The notes beneath the pieces were generated by a model that saw only the letters and a program-made list of their open reading frames with translations, made no database searches and was not told the DNA's origin. The position numbers and the translations under genes were made by a program. Of a stretch of DNA of 64,000 nucleotides, positions 9,518 through 24,025 are shown in pieces. Within the stretch, counting starts at the first letter, position 1. Each line of letters opens with the position of its first letter. Source of the DNA: Bigelowiella natans CCMP2755 (lineage: Eukaryota > Protista > Cercozoa); NCBI GenBank assembly GCA_000320545.1, contig ADNK01000023.1, forward strand, positions 1 to 64,000. The letters are read 5' to 3'.

Positions 9518-11005
9518 ATGTTGCCAGGGCTCACAGCGACCACGTCGACGATGGCCGAAGGTCACGCTCCGAGTGCACTGCGCCCCCATATTCGTGCTCG
9601 CCTCATCGCTTGTTGCTACAACCACCCAGGTGGCTGCTTGGTGATCTTTCGGGGCCTTCCCGGGACGGGGAAGTCGTTTCTGTTGAAGAAGGTGTATTTG
9701 CAAGTACATGCCCCGCTGAGACTCGTGCATCGTCAATCATCCGAGGTGTTTTCAATGCTCCCAGGTGATGGGGATCCTTCGAAAGGCGAAGCCTGGACTC
9801 AGACTAGCTAGGACAAGCAGAGATGAGCTGAGACATTTGATCCTGGATGAGCCCACGTTTGACACGAGCGAGGTAACAAGAATCCGTGCGCAAGTTGTTC
9901 GCTCCGCGAGCGAATCATTTCAGAATACACGATGTGTTGTATCTACAACAGAAAAAGATGATTGATGGAATGCTCGTCGAAATTTCTAAAGAGCTTTTGC
10001 TCAAACAGTACGTGCAACAAAATACAAGCTCTTGCATTGCTCGCTTTATGTACATGTCGTCACCAACAGCTCACCCTTCTACTCCTTCTACTATCTTCGC
10101 AGCTACATTGTCTTCGTGGACGGATGTAGTTTTACAAAAAGAGGTGTGCATGAGCAAATCACTGTACGACTAAAAAAATATCACTTGATATTGACGGGAA
10201 AATTCGAGTGGAGGACATCCCAACGAGACCGATAGTTCTGCAGTGGAAAAATGCAATTCACTCCTTTCATCTCATAGTGCATGGCGAATTTGGGGGAGGG
10301 AGGGAGGGAGAGGGGGAAGGGGGATCATCGTAAATAATCCGCTCAACGCTCACAGATGGCCTCTTGGACTTTGTCGCGGGTGCACATGCCTCGTCGTCTC
10401 CCTGGGCTCTTGTCGAATGCTCCTGTCGACCGGAAATGGCGGTTAAGCGCATAGGTAATTATACCCTCAAATTAAGGGCATTATTTGAAGTTATGTTTCC
10501 TCCTTCCCCGCGAGCAGATTGTTGCCACTAAAAAGTACGTTCTTGAAAAACATAGAAAAGGACGTCGTGAACGGCTCTCATCCTGCTAAAGACAGAGACT
10601 CAAAGCTGTTCTGGAGGTCCCTTAGAGCATGCATGTATACTACTGGAGTGTGCATGCACACTTTATGGAAGTGAACGATGTACTGTTTCTCTTTCGGAAC
10701 AACTACTGTCTCAAAATTAGGATTATGGTGTTTATTCAAGGAACGATTAATACATCTTTATCCATTGCATTTCTCTCCAATTTCTCTCACCTGGGATTTA
10801 TGATAATAATCCCGTAAACTGAACGAAAATCAGGTGTCACTCTGCATGGGAGGCCTCGAAACTCGATCCGAAGCACACGCTTAAAGTGGATACCACGATA
10901 GATGCTGACTTATATCCCAATGCCCAACTTGTGGCCGCGTTCATTAAGAAGAAATGCTCCGAATTTAAATGTGCACGCACCTCGATTCTATCTTCAATGT
11001 TATAA
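9518..11005 (+). CDS. Small P-loop kinase-like protein (AAA_33 / predicted kinase family), multi-exon
   Basis: Exons: LVIFRGLPGTGKSFL (Walker A), TSRDELR, YIVFVDGCSF (Walker B-like), LVECSCRPEMAVKRI (lid), HPAKDRD, LKVDTT; stop at 11003-11005. Confidence 0.75.
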
Positions 11006-11502
11006 AACTTGTAAGTATTGTATTATATGCATGCATATGCAAAGCGTACAGAATTTATTTATAGAAGCGAAGCATAATACACACAAGCACACACGCTCGC
11101 ACACACACACAAATTGTTCACGGTATGCTTTGCGCGAACGAATAATATATTACATACATCCGAAGAAAAGGATGCACGCATTGCTGCGCGCAATACGCGA
11201 CATTCAAGACAAAAGCAGCATGCATTTAGTTGCATGCAACACATCATTGCCGAAACAACAGATTCATCATTAGCGCTGTAGCCGCCATTGTGTGAGAGTC
11301 CGGCACAGTACGATACAATGTCTCTACTCATGATATTAGTCAGCCAATGTAACCATGCTAGCACGACATTGCAAGTAGTGCATGAGACGATGTATAAAGT
11401 TTTAGTGTGCGATGACATACGGCTAGATCATACGCACGTACACACTTTAAATTATGAGATCGGGCATGTTAATCCGTACATCTTAACCCTCCAACGAACG
11501 AA

Positions 11503-12674
11503 TTATAACAGTCCTTCGCCGTATCGCTTCTTCAACATTCGATCAAGGGCCTGAAATGATTCAGATCATTGTGATACACTGTTAATAAAAATAAGAGAGA
11601 AGTGTTTTGGTGTATAAATACAAGCAATAGCCGCAGGTAAACCAGCATGTATTATTGTGTGTATCCAGGCGCTATGGCTTCTACACAGACACCACAAAGT
11701 TCGCCTTTTTATGTGAGTAGCAATAGATACCGAAAGCTTCCCCTTGAATGCGATGGCGATCTTGGCCACGTTGCCTAGTTTCTCTGGATTATGCTGCACA
11801 GCAGCAGCAGTACAAATAACGGGGTAACACGACGAGGAGGAGGCAAGGTCGACGTCCATCAACCAACATAGGTAGACCGATGATACACGGTTAACATGGA
11901 CACAGAAGATACCGGTGATCTCTATTCTATCCTGCGCTACGAGTGGTAGGCAATCAAGCGCTGCTGCTGCTGTATCATTGATGAAGTGCTGCTAGCTAGT
12001 AGTACTAGTAGTAGTAGTAGTAGTAGTAGTAGCAGGTAGTAGTTGTAAGTAGTAACAGCAGCAGCAGCACGATGCATCATTGCATGAACATTACTACTGC
12101 GACAAACTATAAACATTGGTGGCAAGAATGGGTGTCTTGCCTTAGACCTATTATTACCTTTTCGAAGAATTGTGTTAGCTTCCTAGAAAGCTTATTGTTG
12201 ATACTGCTGCGGTCTCCCTCCTTTGCCTGCCCCATGCCATCGTGCCTCTTGACCCTCGTCGTCTTCTTCTTCTTTTTCTTGTTCTCCTTTCTACCATCAA
12301 TGTCATGATCCTCGTTGGTCGCCGCAATGTCAGCAGCGCTAGCATTGCTTCTAATGCTGCTACTTCCATCATCTTCTCCCTCGTCCACATCATCAGCATC
12401 CTCCCAGCTAGCGACGGGAGTCCATTCCCCCCCTGCCACGTGGAACCCCCCCCCGCCTACTGGCCAGGGAGGGGGGGCAAGGCTGCCGTCGCGGTACCGT
12501 GATCGCTTTTTCTTGCGATTTTCTGGAACGTTTGGTGGCGCAGGTGGGGGGAGGGAGGTGGAAGAAGACAAATCGCTCAGTGAAGATGCGCCGGTACAAT
12601 GTGACAAAAGGGGGCACGTTTTTGGCCATCACAGACGGTATACCGCATGATCCATCATGACACTACAGCTTTCA

Positions 12675-12710
<36 letters not shown>

Positions 12711-13168
12711 ATCAACCGCCCGGAAGAGATGAATATTCACGCGGCTTTCTTCTTTACTATTCTCTGTGTTGGTGGTGTACGCAGTGATGGTATGTATGGT
12801 AATATGCACACCCTGCGATCCCCTGGCGTTCGGATGCGGACGGCCCAGCTCAGCTCGCTGGAAAAGCAACTTTACAATGCTGGTAAGACCAGTAAGCGTC
12901 CTGTTGATTTAAGCAGGACTGCATGTTACTAAGGTGATACGATTGACTTTTCTTCTTCTTTTTTTTTTCTCCTTTCAACATTGGGGGGGGGGGGGGCATA
13001 TTATTTGGAAATCAACTGCACCTTGCTTGTGCTAGTGCATCGAAGATGTCCAAGTTGGCGTGGAATTGATCAAAGAGGATGAAGAAGAGGTGCCGCTGAA
13101 CCACCTTGATAATGAATCGAAAGACGGCACAATAACCGAAAATGTAGATGATGTCAAATGGAACATGG

Positions 13169-13202
<34 letters not shown>

Positions 13203-14773
13203 ACAATATAAAATAATATTGTGTTTTCACAGCAATCGTGCACGTGCTTCTATCAAATGCAGAGATTGTGCCATCCAAAGCAAACCACACACGCATGGCT
13301 GAAGAGGAGAAAACAGGAAAGGTGGAAGGAGGAGGGGGAGGAGGAGGAGGAGGAGGAAGATGAGAGAACTACCGATGGATGGCAGGGACGATAGCATGAC
13401 ACCAAAGAGAGGTATCTTCCCAGCAAATAACAAACAAAAACACACGTAACGAAGAGCTCAGTTAGGACAAAACAAAGCAAAGTATCAAGCCAAGCATCAA
13501 GTCATTCATAGTAGTAGGTAGCAGCAGCAGTAGTAGTAGTAGTAGCAGCATCAGCAGCAGTAGTAATAGTAGTAGTACAAGGAGGAGAGGGGGGGGAGGA
13601 GCGAGGGGAGGGGCAACGCAAGGCCTTTTGCACGCTATTCGCCATATCGACGTACATTTATCATCTCATATATGGTTTTCGTCGCAGTGTAGCAGTAGTA
13701 ATAGTAGAAGTAGTGAGTGAGTTGTAGTAAGTAGTAGTAAGTAGCAGCAGCAGCAGCAGCAGCAGCAGGTAGTACTCTCTAGCAAGTCGGAAACGCAGAT
13801 ACACATCCTTGGGAGTAGAAACCATGCTGCCACAACCCATGATGCCTTGGCCCAGGGAAGAAGAAGAAGAAGAAGAAGAAGAAGAAGAAGATGGAGGAGG
13901 AGGAGGAGGAGGAGGAGGAGACGATGATGATGTTGATAGAGACTGCTGCTGCATTTCCTTCACCTCTCCTGCTCCTTCCCCGCCGATAAGCCTGGCACGT
14001 AGCTTGGCGTCAGCCTCCCGCAATTGCCGCGTGTATCGGGTGCGACGAGACGACGATGGGTGGGAGGCAAGCTTCAAGGCTGGGGAGGCTTTAGAGGGTG
14101 CGGTGGCTAGGGACTTGGTTGCGATTTTACTACTTATGACTGAGAGCGAGAATGAGGTGTACGGACTCGTCACTCGTCGTTTCCGCATGTGCGGCAGCAG
14201 GACGGCAGGGGTAGGAGGAGGAGGAGGAGGAGGAGGAGGAGGAGGAGGCACTGAAGAGGGGGAGGAGGAGGAGGGGGAGCGAGCAGTTGCTGCTTCCCCC
14301 CCGACGGAAGAAGAAGAAGCTTTTTCAGCAGTTGTCATTGCCAATGTATGGAAGAGAGAGGGGTTATGGAGCAGGCCTTGGGCGCTCATGATGCCGTCGG
14401 CTTTCGATTCTTTCAAACACAAAAGCGCATCCTCTGTGTGGTAAACGTCGCCGTTGCAAAACTGGCGAGTACGATGGAAGAGTGGGAACAAGGGGGAGGA
14501 ATGAAGTGGGGGCGGGGAGGAATAAATGGTAAGTGGTGAGTGAGACAGGGAGTGGGTGTTGGCTCTTTGCCTCTTTCTCTTCTCATTCTTCTTCTTTTCG
14601 ACTCATCAAGGACATGCGTCATCCATGCATCGTGTGATTTACTACTTCTTGTCAGTTAACATCCAGCAACCGCCACAACTACAATCACTATTACTGCTAC
14701 TTCTGCTGCTGCTTAACACACCACATTGCTCGCCATGAACACCAATTGTGTTTCCTTCATATTACTACTTACG

Positions 14774-14806
<33 letters not shown>

Positions 14807-15203
14807 TATTGTCATCACCAGGGGAATCTTAACGGCTTCCTTCACCCTTGCAACCTGCGCCCACTCTGCCAGCACTTCCTCCCGCTGATGCCGCTGCCTT
14901 GGATGGACGGCCAGCAGCGACGCTCCGGCCTCTTCTAGCATCTTACAATACGCCACGGTCTTCTCAACGTCCGCAAACACGCGCACTTTGCACAATACCT
15001 ATCGTGAAGGGGGGGGGGGGGGGAGAAGCTCCTTGAATAGATCAGCAATGTGCACATCGGATATCAAGGCTAAGACTTGCACGACAGGCAACGTGAGAAA
15101 CGATGGGTGCTTTCTATCGACGAGAGGGCTCTTGGAGAGTAGTGAGAGGGGACTTTCTTATCGCGGGAAAGAGGACGTACCCTCACCGCATTGTTCTTAT
15201 ATA

Positions 15204-15235
<32 letters not shown>

Positions 15236-16656
15236 ACTACTACTACTACACCACTCACGAGACCACTACTACCATTATCACCACCACCCGCAAGTGAGGT
15301 AGTGATGAAAGAGAAGTTTTGGCCGTTGTAGGTGGTAAAATGTAACTGGTCAGTACTATCATTAGATCGCTACCGGTATAGACAGAGCTTCGGATATTCG
15401 CCCTACTATTGTGCTAAGCAGTGGCCAATCATCCATCAAAAAGGCCCCATAGCCCCCCCTCTTGGCTACGGACTGTGGACACCCGAGGTTAAGGTCTACC
15501 GCGTCGCATGAGCCTAGAAGAGGAAGCAGCGTAAGCGACATCATTGTGCGGTTTTTATCATTTCTCTGCACCATTGGTCGTTATTCTCATATTCATTGTC
15601 TCGAAGCTTGTTTCTATTGTTGATATTGTTCCTAGCTAGTTGCGCTTATGATTATGATGATGGTGATGGGTTATGAGTCCTATATGGTGGTTGTGATGAT
15701 GATGGTGGTGGTGCCTTGAACAAGCTTTCCAGCTGCAACTAGCGTTTCAGGATCTCGCCCGCAGAACTGCACGACCAGCGGTCGGTCCTTAAGGGAGGAG
15801 AAGATGGTAGGTCACATTAGACGGAAAGGGAGGCTCAACAAGATTGGGATGGCAACGACAGCCAGTATTCGAGAAACACGAAGCTCAAAAGAAGGAAGCT
15901 TGACTCTGCGTTGATGAAGTTTATATTACCTGCTTGCACGTCCGCCACACCCTTGCACGATAGCTTGGGTCATTCACGAAGGAGTCCGCTATGAACATCG
16001 GCGTATACCCCAGGGTGGCACCATAACGACGGCACAATAATCGAAACGCAAGCTCTGATTGTCCCACCATAGGACCAAGGGCAAACCGCGGACTGCCCAA
16101 AGATCGAAACCACGCCCACGCTTGGATATTCCTCATCATCATCATCTTCTTCATCTTCTTCGTCTTTTTCTTACGAAGAGCAGTGCCCTTCTCTCCACTA
16201 ACTGATTCGGGCTGGAGAATGGTGCTATCGGGGACCATCTGCCCCCCCCCAGATTTCTTTCGTTTCTTTCCCAGCCTGTTTTTCTTCTGGCTGCCGTCGC
16301 TACCTGTGCCGACAAATCCATTGTCACTCTGCCGTCCCTCCCTACCCTTCGCAGTGCTCTTTTGCGATGCGATTGCCGACTCAAATGCAGCAGCTTTCCG
16401 TGCCAGTTGGGTTGCCTCCCGGCGCTCTCGTTTTCTGAGGGAGGAGGAGGAGGAGCTGTGTTACCGTTTTGACAGCAGGAGGTAGGCGATTCATGCATGC
16501 CATTAAAGACCTTTTTTTCTTTCGAAGGTTCTTGGCTTTTCGTTTAGCTTCCCGCTGGTTCTCCTCCTCCTCCTTTTCATCGTTCCCCTTCTCACACGGA
16601 TACGATGAGAAGCAATCGAGTAGATCATCAGGTGGTGGCGTGAGTACAACCTTCAT
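11503..16656 (-). CDS. DUS1: tRNA-dihydrouridine synthase, Dus1-like, with N- and C-terminal extensions, multi-exon
   Basis: [61 protein letters not shown] (catalytic Cys), [33 protein letters not shown]. Last exons read QFFEK|[12 protein letters not shown]...KGKLS|[11 protein letters not shown]. Confidence 0.88.
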
Positions 16657-17320
16657 TGAAGAGCGACCCTTCCCTCTCGTACCCACTGGTTGGGCGCGGT
16701 CTCCGAAGCAGAAAGTATTCACCAAAAGCCTTTATGGTGGGTGGAGGCTTACGAGCGTTAGCTGTCTCGGCAGAGACCCCGAAGAAGCGAAAAACTTTCA
16801 GATTTAGACCGGAAACTCTCCTCCCTCATGATGTTCTTAGATGTTTTTGGTATCGAAAAATGCTACTTTCGGAACGAGCCCGCTGCTGACATTCCGCGTA
16901 GTCGCACAGTGGCCCTCGGAAATGATTCTAGGACAAAATCTGCACCGAGAATTTCCCTCTCGAGACTGAAGACGCAGTCGTTTTGGCGCGAAACTGTTGC
17001 TGTTAAATCCCAGCTCTGGGAATGCCGTGTATTTCATACTTTCTATGAAATCTCACGATGTCGCATATGAGTAATCAAATCCATTTCCTTGGGTTTTTTA
17101 CTTTTTCGCAGCTGGCCAGATACGAACAGAACTCAGGGCTGCATACAGCTTGTCGGTACAGCTCGTAGAGAGGAGGCTTGCTTCTCGAGGAGAGGGGTGA
17201 GTGGTGGCGAGATGCGCCTCGGTGCGCTTCCCTCACATCCGAGCACATCCTCCTATACGAGCGTCAATTGGAACTTTCAACGACGAGTGAAGGTGCTAGA
17301 TGTGTGTGTGGATGGATAAA

Positions 17321-19307
17321 ATGGCTGTCGATGAGCTGACAAGCGTTGACCTTACGATCCTATTTTTTGGTTTTGCACAAGGTGGGTCGCGATTCGGGCT
17401 GTGGTGTAGCATCCTCGACTTGGTTGCTTTGGGTTATTTTTGTGGTTACCGCCCTTACTACTACAACTACGACCAAATCGTCGTTCTCAAGTACCAGCAA
17501 CGACGAAAGGAATGAAGATAACAGACCCATCCTCAAGGTTCTCTTGTTATCCTCCTCCTCCTCCCTTTTCTCCTCCTCGCTCTCATGCTCACCGACCCCC
17601 CCCCCCCCCCTTCCCCTCCCCCCTCTTCCACTCTTCTGACTGAAAATAATACAGCAATTGAATGGTCTCGGCTCATCCCCAAGTTTACCACCTCCGCCGT
17701 CGTCACAATCAGGTAACCATCAATAATCAACATAATTCAATGGGATGCATCTGATCACGTGTTGCGCTGCTGTTATAACCACAGAGCCGCCTCCTCCGGC
17801 GTTTTTGAAGATGGAAGACCACCTGCGAGACCCCTTTCGCCAGGACGGGCAGAAGGGAGGGGATAATAGCGAGGTGAGTTTCAAGCAGTAGAGAGACGAC
17901 TACTACCCGTAATAATGGGATGAATAAATAGACACGTGCGCACACGCGAATAAAATCACGCACGTACTCGCTTGCACACGACAACCCGAACAGAGAAAAT
18001 AAGCTGTGGGTCGAGCCAGTATGCACGTTTTAACAGTGACCGCTTCCCCCCCCCCCCCCCCTCTCTCATTTCTCGTCTTAATCAGAACAACAATTCTGGG
18101 AGCCTGAAGCTGGAAACAGTTGTTGCCGCTCGATCAAACAAGACGATGTATAAAGTGCCACTGGGTTTCAAACGACAAGAGATCCCAAGTCATGATACAT
18201 GATTTCTCGTATTTATGAAGGCGGGGAGGGATAACACGCGAACTTATAAAAGAAAAGAGGGGAAGTAGTTGGGGGGAGCTCAGTAATCTAACGTCATCTT
18301 TATTGGTATCATTCGGTCGATTGCCATACCCTCGATCAGCTTGTTGTTGCTGCTGCTGTTGTTACATTATCAGTGCTATTCTCATTATCATCACAATATT
18401 GTGTTGTGACGTCTGTTATCTGTTGGCCTGTACTACAGAGCCAGATCCGATGAAGGAGTTAGTAGGCTACATTTCGAAGGTAGAAGTAGTAGTAGTAGCA
18501 GTAGTAGTAGTAGTAGCAGTAGTAGTAGTTGTAGGAGGAGGAGGAGGAGGAGGAGGAGGAGGAGGAGGAGAATACCTCCCCCCATCATCCTCCTCTTATG
18601 TTAACAGAGGTGATTTCAATTCGCAAATGGCAGGATTGATATTCGTAATCCCGCCTGAATAAGATGTTCCGTTCCTCCGTGTCTGGTGTGCGCTGCATGT
18701 ACATGTGTGTGTGTGTGTGCGTATGTGCGTGTGTGTGTGTGTGTGCGTATGTGCGTGTGCCTGTGTTTTTGTATTTTTGTGTTTTTGTGTTCGCGCGCAC
18801 GCAATTTATAAACGTTCTTTTGAATAATTTGAAAGGACGGTAGGAAAAGAGTCACAACCTACGAGAAGATGCTGAATGCAACAGATGTTCCAGAAACGTA
18901 ATATATGATATATATGATGTATAACAGACTATACATGTACATTTGGAACGATGGGTTGATGATTTCCCTCTCTTCTCCTCCCTCCCCACCTCCCCTGCCT
19001 GCCTCCCCCCCCCTCCTCATTCTTGATCACTCGACCACACAGAGAGCTGAGCAGTGGTAGTGCTGACGTGGGCACGGACGTGACAATAGCAGTTATGGGA
19101 GGGGGGGACGATTTCTTCGCAGATGGCAGCCAGAGGGTTGATCTGCCAGCTGCTCTCCCCACGGAAAAACGACGGGAACTCCTCTCCAAGGCCATCACCG
19201 GCAACAAGAAGGCGCTCATGATTCAGGATGAAGTACGCTTCGGGACCCGCGTGGAGCTGTATGCTTAATATGACACGCACGCACAGACTTTTCATATGTG
19301 ATGACCT

Positions 19308-19370
<63 letters not shown>

Positions 19371-20846
19371 CATATATAATATGTACAAATAGATATATAT
19401 TAACCGGGAGGAAGCAGGACACCGTCTCTTTACCGCCCTCGTCACGCCATAATGTATGTCGTTGCTCTTGTGTTCTTTCAGGTTGGGAAAGCGCTTAGAC
19501 GCGTTCGTCCCCCACCTCGATGCCCCCGATGAATTCGACGAGCCCAAAACCTCGATAGGGGAGGTCTTCCACGGACAACTGGTAGTATTAGTAGTATTAG
19601 TAGCAGCGGATAGATGTACAGGCGATGATGATAGAGACGATATGCGACCACGTACTATCAGTGGGGACCCACCGCAAATGCATGCATAGGAGGTGTATCA
19701 TCATCATCAAGAACTGCTTCTTCTTCGTGTTTTGATGCGATATGGTGCTGCTGCCTAGAGCAAAGATCCGGAAACTGGGAAAAAGAAGATAGAAATGAAG
19801 ACCATGGACGACATGTGAGTTTTCATAATAGTAGTAATAGCAGCAGCATGGAGTAAGTATATACGCTTTTGAGGCTACCACCACCACCACCACCGCCACC
19901 ACCCTCATTATCATGCCATATGGGTTGGGAGCGATTTCACGAAAACACCGGTATATTTGCCCTGAGTAGTAGATGTTTGGTGCTCAGTCTGAACAAGAAG
20001 AGGGGATTTCTGCCAAATCTCACCCCCCAGCAGTATTCTCTCTACACAGGTAGTAGTAGTAGTAGTAGTAGTACTGTGCGTGTTGGTGAAGAAGGGAGGG
20101 AAAGAGGGTGGTTAGAGCGATTCTGAGGATGATGATGTTGTTGTTGATGATGATGATGAAGAGGGTTGACGAGTAAGACAAGAACAACAACAACAATAAC
20201 AACAACAATATCTGTGATCGAACGCCGATGAAATCTCTGTTATCTGTGGTTTTCGTTCCTTGTGAGACAACGACTATCTGAACTCGTTTCGGTACCTTCA
20301 CCACCCTCCCCCTAATCCTGTTTCCCTATCTTTTTCTTCTTCTTCTTCTCTCCTCCTCATGTAAAGGGCTGATCGGAGGCGCGGTGTATTGGCTACGTAG
20401 CGTCTGGATCAACTACCAGAGGAGCAAGGTCATATCCATCGAAAAATTAACAATAGTCGGGGGAAACACAGCAAGAGACAGAGGGAACCGATGCGGAAAT
20501 CATTCATTCTCACCCCCAAAGCTGCTCCACTCCCCCCTCCCCTTGCCCTCAGATAAATCGTCGTTTCCAAGATGCGATGTCGCTTGCCGCTGGATGCAAT
20601 ATGACTTTGGCTGAGTTTATGAACAACACTGGTGCTAACAATACGACGTGCTGCTTTCGTAGGAGTAACAGTAGTATTAATAGGGGGTATTTTTCCTGGT
20701 TATGGTGGTGACTGTTGTCGTGGCCATCGGACCCCCCCCCCCCCCCCCCACTTTTTCGATAACATTTAGTGCATCTCAGTGTTATACGGTAATTGTTTGA
20801 ATTTATTTTGTTATGTGCTTCTCAACCCTCCTCTTTTTGTATTGCG

Positions 20847-20882
<36 letters not shown>

Positions 20883-21049
20883 GATGCTACAATCCCTGAG
20901 AGCGATAAGCCGATGCGGTAAGCGACCAAAAAATCAACGACTATATGGTTAATGGAGTGAGAAAGAAGGGGGGTGGGAAGATACTGCTACTACAACTATT
21001 ACTACTACTACTACCACCAACAATTACTACTACGGCTGCCATCCTTATT

Positions 21050-21083
<34 letters not shown>

Positions 21084-21235
21084 CCATCGATGCAGGTTTT
21101 TCGTAGCAGCCTGGCATCAGAAGGGAGGATTTGTCACCAAGGGGGAGAACCTTGAATATCAGCTGCAGGTCGCTCCTTGGCAATACATTTTTAATATAGT
21201 ATTCCTGATCTCGCCATATCAATCATCAAGACGAT

Positions 21236-21267
<32 letters not shown>

Positions 21268-21755
21268 TGTGGTGCTTGTAGCGGTGCGGTATTAGAAGTA
21301 GGCAATATAGCTACGTGGGTAGGGGCGACAGCGAGGTCGTTTGATGGATAACATCATCATTTGAGGCCGTTTTCGAATGCGATTTAGCTAGGAAGTGCTG
21401 CTATCTTCAATGCTTTTTGTCATACACGCGCCCACCATGACAGTAATTAGATGTGTTTTCTGCGCTTCTGCTGCTCTTATTCACCCCCCCCCCTCCCCCC
21501 CCCCACCACCACCACATGACGATGTGGAAAGATGATGGTTGAGTTGTTTCGGGAGAGAGTCAAGGCCAAAGACGATTTCACGAGGTAGTATATATACCAT
21601 GCTTGTAGGCTTGTGATGGCGGAGAGAGGAATATGGGCGATTCTATGAATATGAGCAATCGTTTGGTGTAGAACGTGATGTGAGAGTAGTAAGCAGGACC
21701 AGCAGATCTGCAGCTTTCACTGATTGAGGATTCTTGTGTTGTAGTTTCCGCGTTC

Positions 21756-21790
<35 letters not shown>

Positions 21791-22305
21791 TGTGTATGTG
21801 TGTGTGTATGTGGTGTACAGGCGGATGCGTTTGTCTGTTGATGTTATCATCCCCTTATTCTTCGTTTTTATCAGCATTTTGAAGGAATATTCCGCTGATG
21901 ACGTGCCCGATCAATACAAACCCGTGTATGGATCCCTTTCCCCTCCCTCCCTCTTTCCCTGTAAAGATAGATGGTTTGGAGATACAAGAGATATAGCCAA
22001 AGAGAGGGAATAAATAGTAGCATCTGCAGCAATTTCAACACGTATGGATATTGCCTGCTCTCATTCTTCAAGCTCCTTCGACCATAATTAGGATTGCTTG
22101 GCTCGAATATCCGCTTTACCTCTTATTTTATATGTGTTGTGTTGTGTGTGTGTGTGTGTGTGTGCGCGCGCGCTGGTTGGGACTGGTGGTGGTGTGCTCC
22201 TTGTTAACTATTTTGTTTTTTGATTCGAATGCTTAGATATTCCAGCGCTGTGTCCCGAAACACCATCGAGGTTATTCACTCGCACAAACACAAACACACA
22301 CACAC

Positions 22306-22346
<41 letters not shown>

Positions 22347-23816
22347 CACTCGAAATGATGACTGATCATATTTCTCGGTGGGATGCAGGTTCTAGTTTGG
22401 AAGCGTTTGGGAGCACGGTTTAAGGACGAAGAGTTGGCAGCGATCGACGCGGCCACGCTCAATGCTAACAGGAAGCAGTTTGAGCAGGTGGAGACGAAGA
22501 CAAACCAACATATTACGTCTTCTTTATAATAGCAATAATGAAAATGGTCATGAGCGCAGATACCGAATAATGGAGGAGCAGCTGCTGCCTCATGGGAGAG
22601 CTTCCAAGCTTTGCAGCAAATTTCTGAACTCGTTGTGCGCAGGTGAACGTGGACCTTCGCAAGCGCTCCGTCTTGATGCGTAAAGAAGGAGGTCATCATA
22701 CTCACACCATGAATATGTGTTGTGCGTTGGGCGATCGAGATGTCGCGTAGAAATAGAACCAACCACCACCCCAAATCTTCCCGCATCATCAAAGGCTGTT
22801 CAACACACATCCGTGATCTGCCCCCTTTTTTTTGGTTCCTACGACACGTTGTGAAGGCCAACACGTTTGGTTCATTCTCGAATCTCACCTTCAGTCCTTA
22901 TTAATTATGCCGCCCGCACGCACATCAGCAAGCTTCACGGATTTTATGCAAATGATGCGATCGAAGAAGTTCGTGAGCAGAGAGGCAAGGGACATAGGCG
23001 TCCTGGCACAGGCTTGGGTGAAAACTGGTAGTTGGTGGATGCAGCGTGTGCGTGTGTGCATCAAAGCCAGTATTTCGTATTACTATCCGCATACACATAT
23101 CGCCTAAAGCAGTATTAAATCAGTTACACGCGCGCGCTCACACACACATACAATCAAGAGAGAAAGAGAGAGAGAGCGAGGAAGTGTATAAGAGAAAGAT
23201 ATTCCGACACAGGTGGGAGTTTCTCACGTCTCGAGGGTGTGAACGCTGAGCTGACGAATCTTCAAGAGAGTATGCAAACCTCCGTGGCATCGGTAATCCC
23301 CAGTCATCCGCAGTATTCGAACAGTCTATAGCTATGGCCCTCCATTTAAATATTCTGGCTCGTTTCTTCCGACTTCTTCATGATCATCATGAATATCATC
23401 AGGGTGTGACGTTCACAGAATTCATGCAGTCTTTTACGCCTGAAGATGTCGTCACTGACAAGGACGGTCGGGTAACATTCTCGGTACGGGTGTCGCCAGA
23501 TTGTCTTGAAGTTAGCTTGTGGAGGTATCGTTTGTTTAATCGATCGCGGAACTTATCAGAATGATTTACGACTTCATGATGATTAGAGATGACTTTGATG
23601 ATGATTATGATGATGATTATCATAGTGATACTGCTTACTGCGGGAAATAGGAGAGCAAAAATACGGACGGTTGTGACATCATTCTATCCTCCTTTCTTGC
23701 AGGCACGTACGTGGCAAATTCAGTCAGACGGAGCTCGAAAGCATTAACAGCCATCCACGGAAACAACAAATTCATAAGTGGCTGAAGTTCGTCGTTCCTG
23801 GCGGGTTACACAAACT

Positions 23817-23851
<35 letters not shown>

Positions 23852-24025
23852 ATACACCCATATCACACTTTGTACGTCTGTGTACAACTACTCATGCTCC
23901 ATATGTGCAGGATCGATGAAGGAAAACTAATGCGCAGGGCGGCACGACAAAAGGCCAAGAGGCGTTACTTCATGAAACCTGGCCGTGCAGATTCATACTC
24001 ATCGGCTTTGCGTCAAAAAAATTGA
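17321..24025 (+). CDS. Hypothetical multi-exon protein, no family recognised
   Basis: Chain of short GT-AG-bounded coding-like exons between microsatellite introns (MAVDELTSVDLTILFF, EPDPMKELVGYISK, RVDLPAALPTEKRRELL, GLIGGAVYWLRSVW, GVTFTEFMQSF, IDEGKLMRRAARQK...*). The model is approximate. Confidence 0.55.

Noticed and set aside
13809-14444. Separate plus-strand 211-aa gene
   Set aside because: Antisense of a low-complexity DUS exon.
14653-14668. Third copy of the 38-bp element (CAGTTAACATCCAGCA)
   Set aside because: Only 15 of 16 bases match and flanks do not; compatible with chance.
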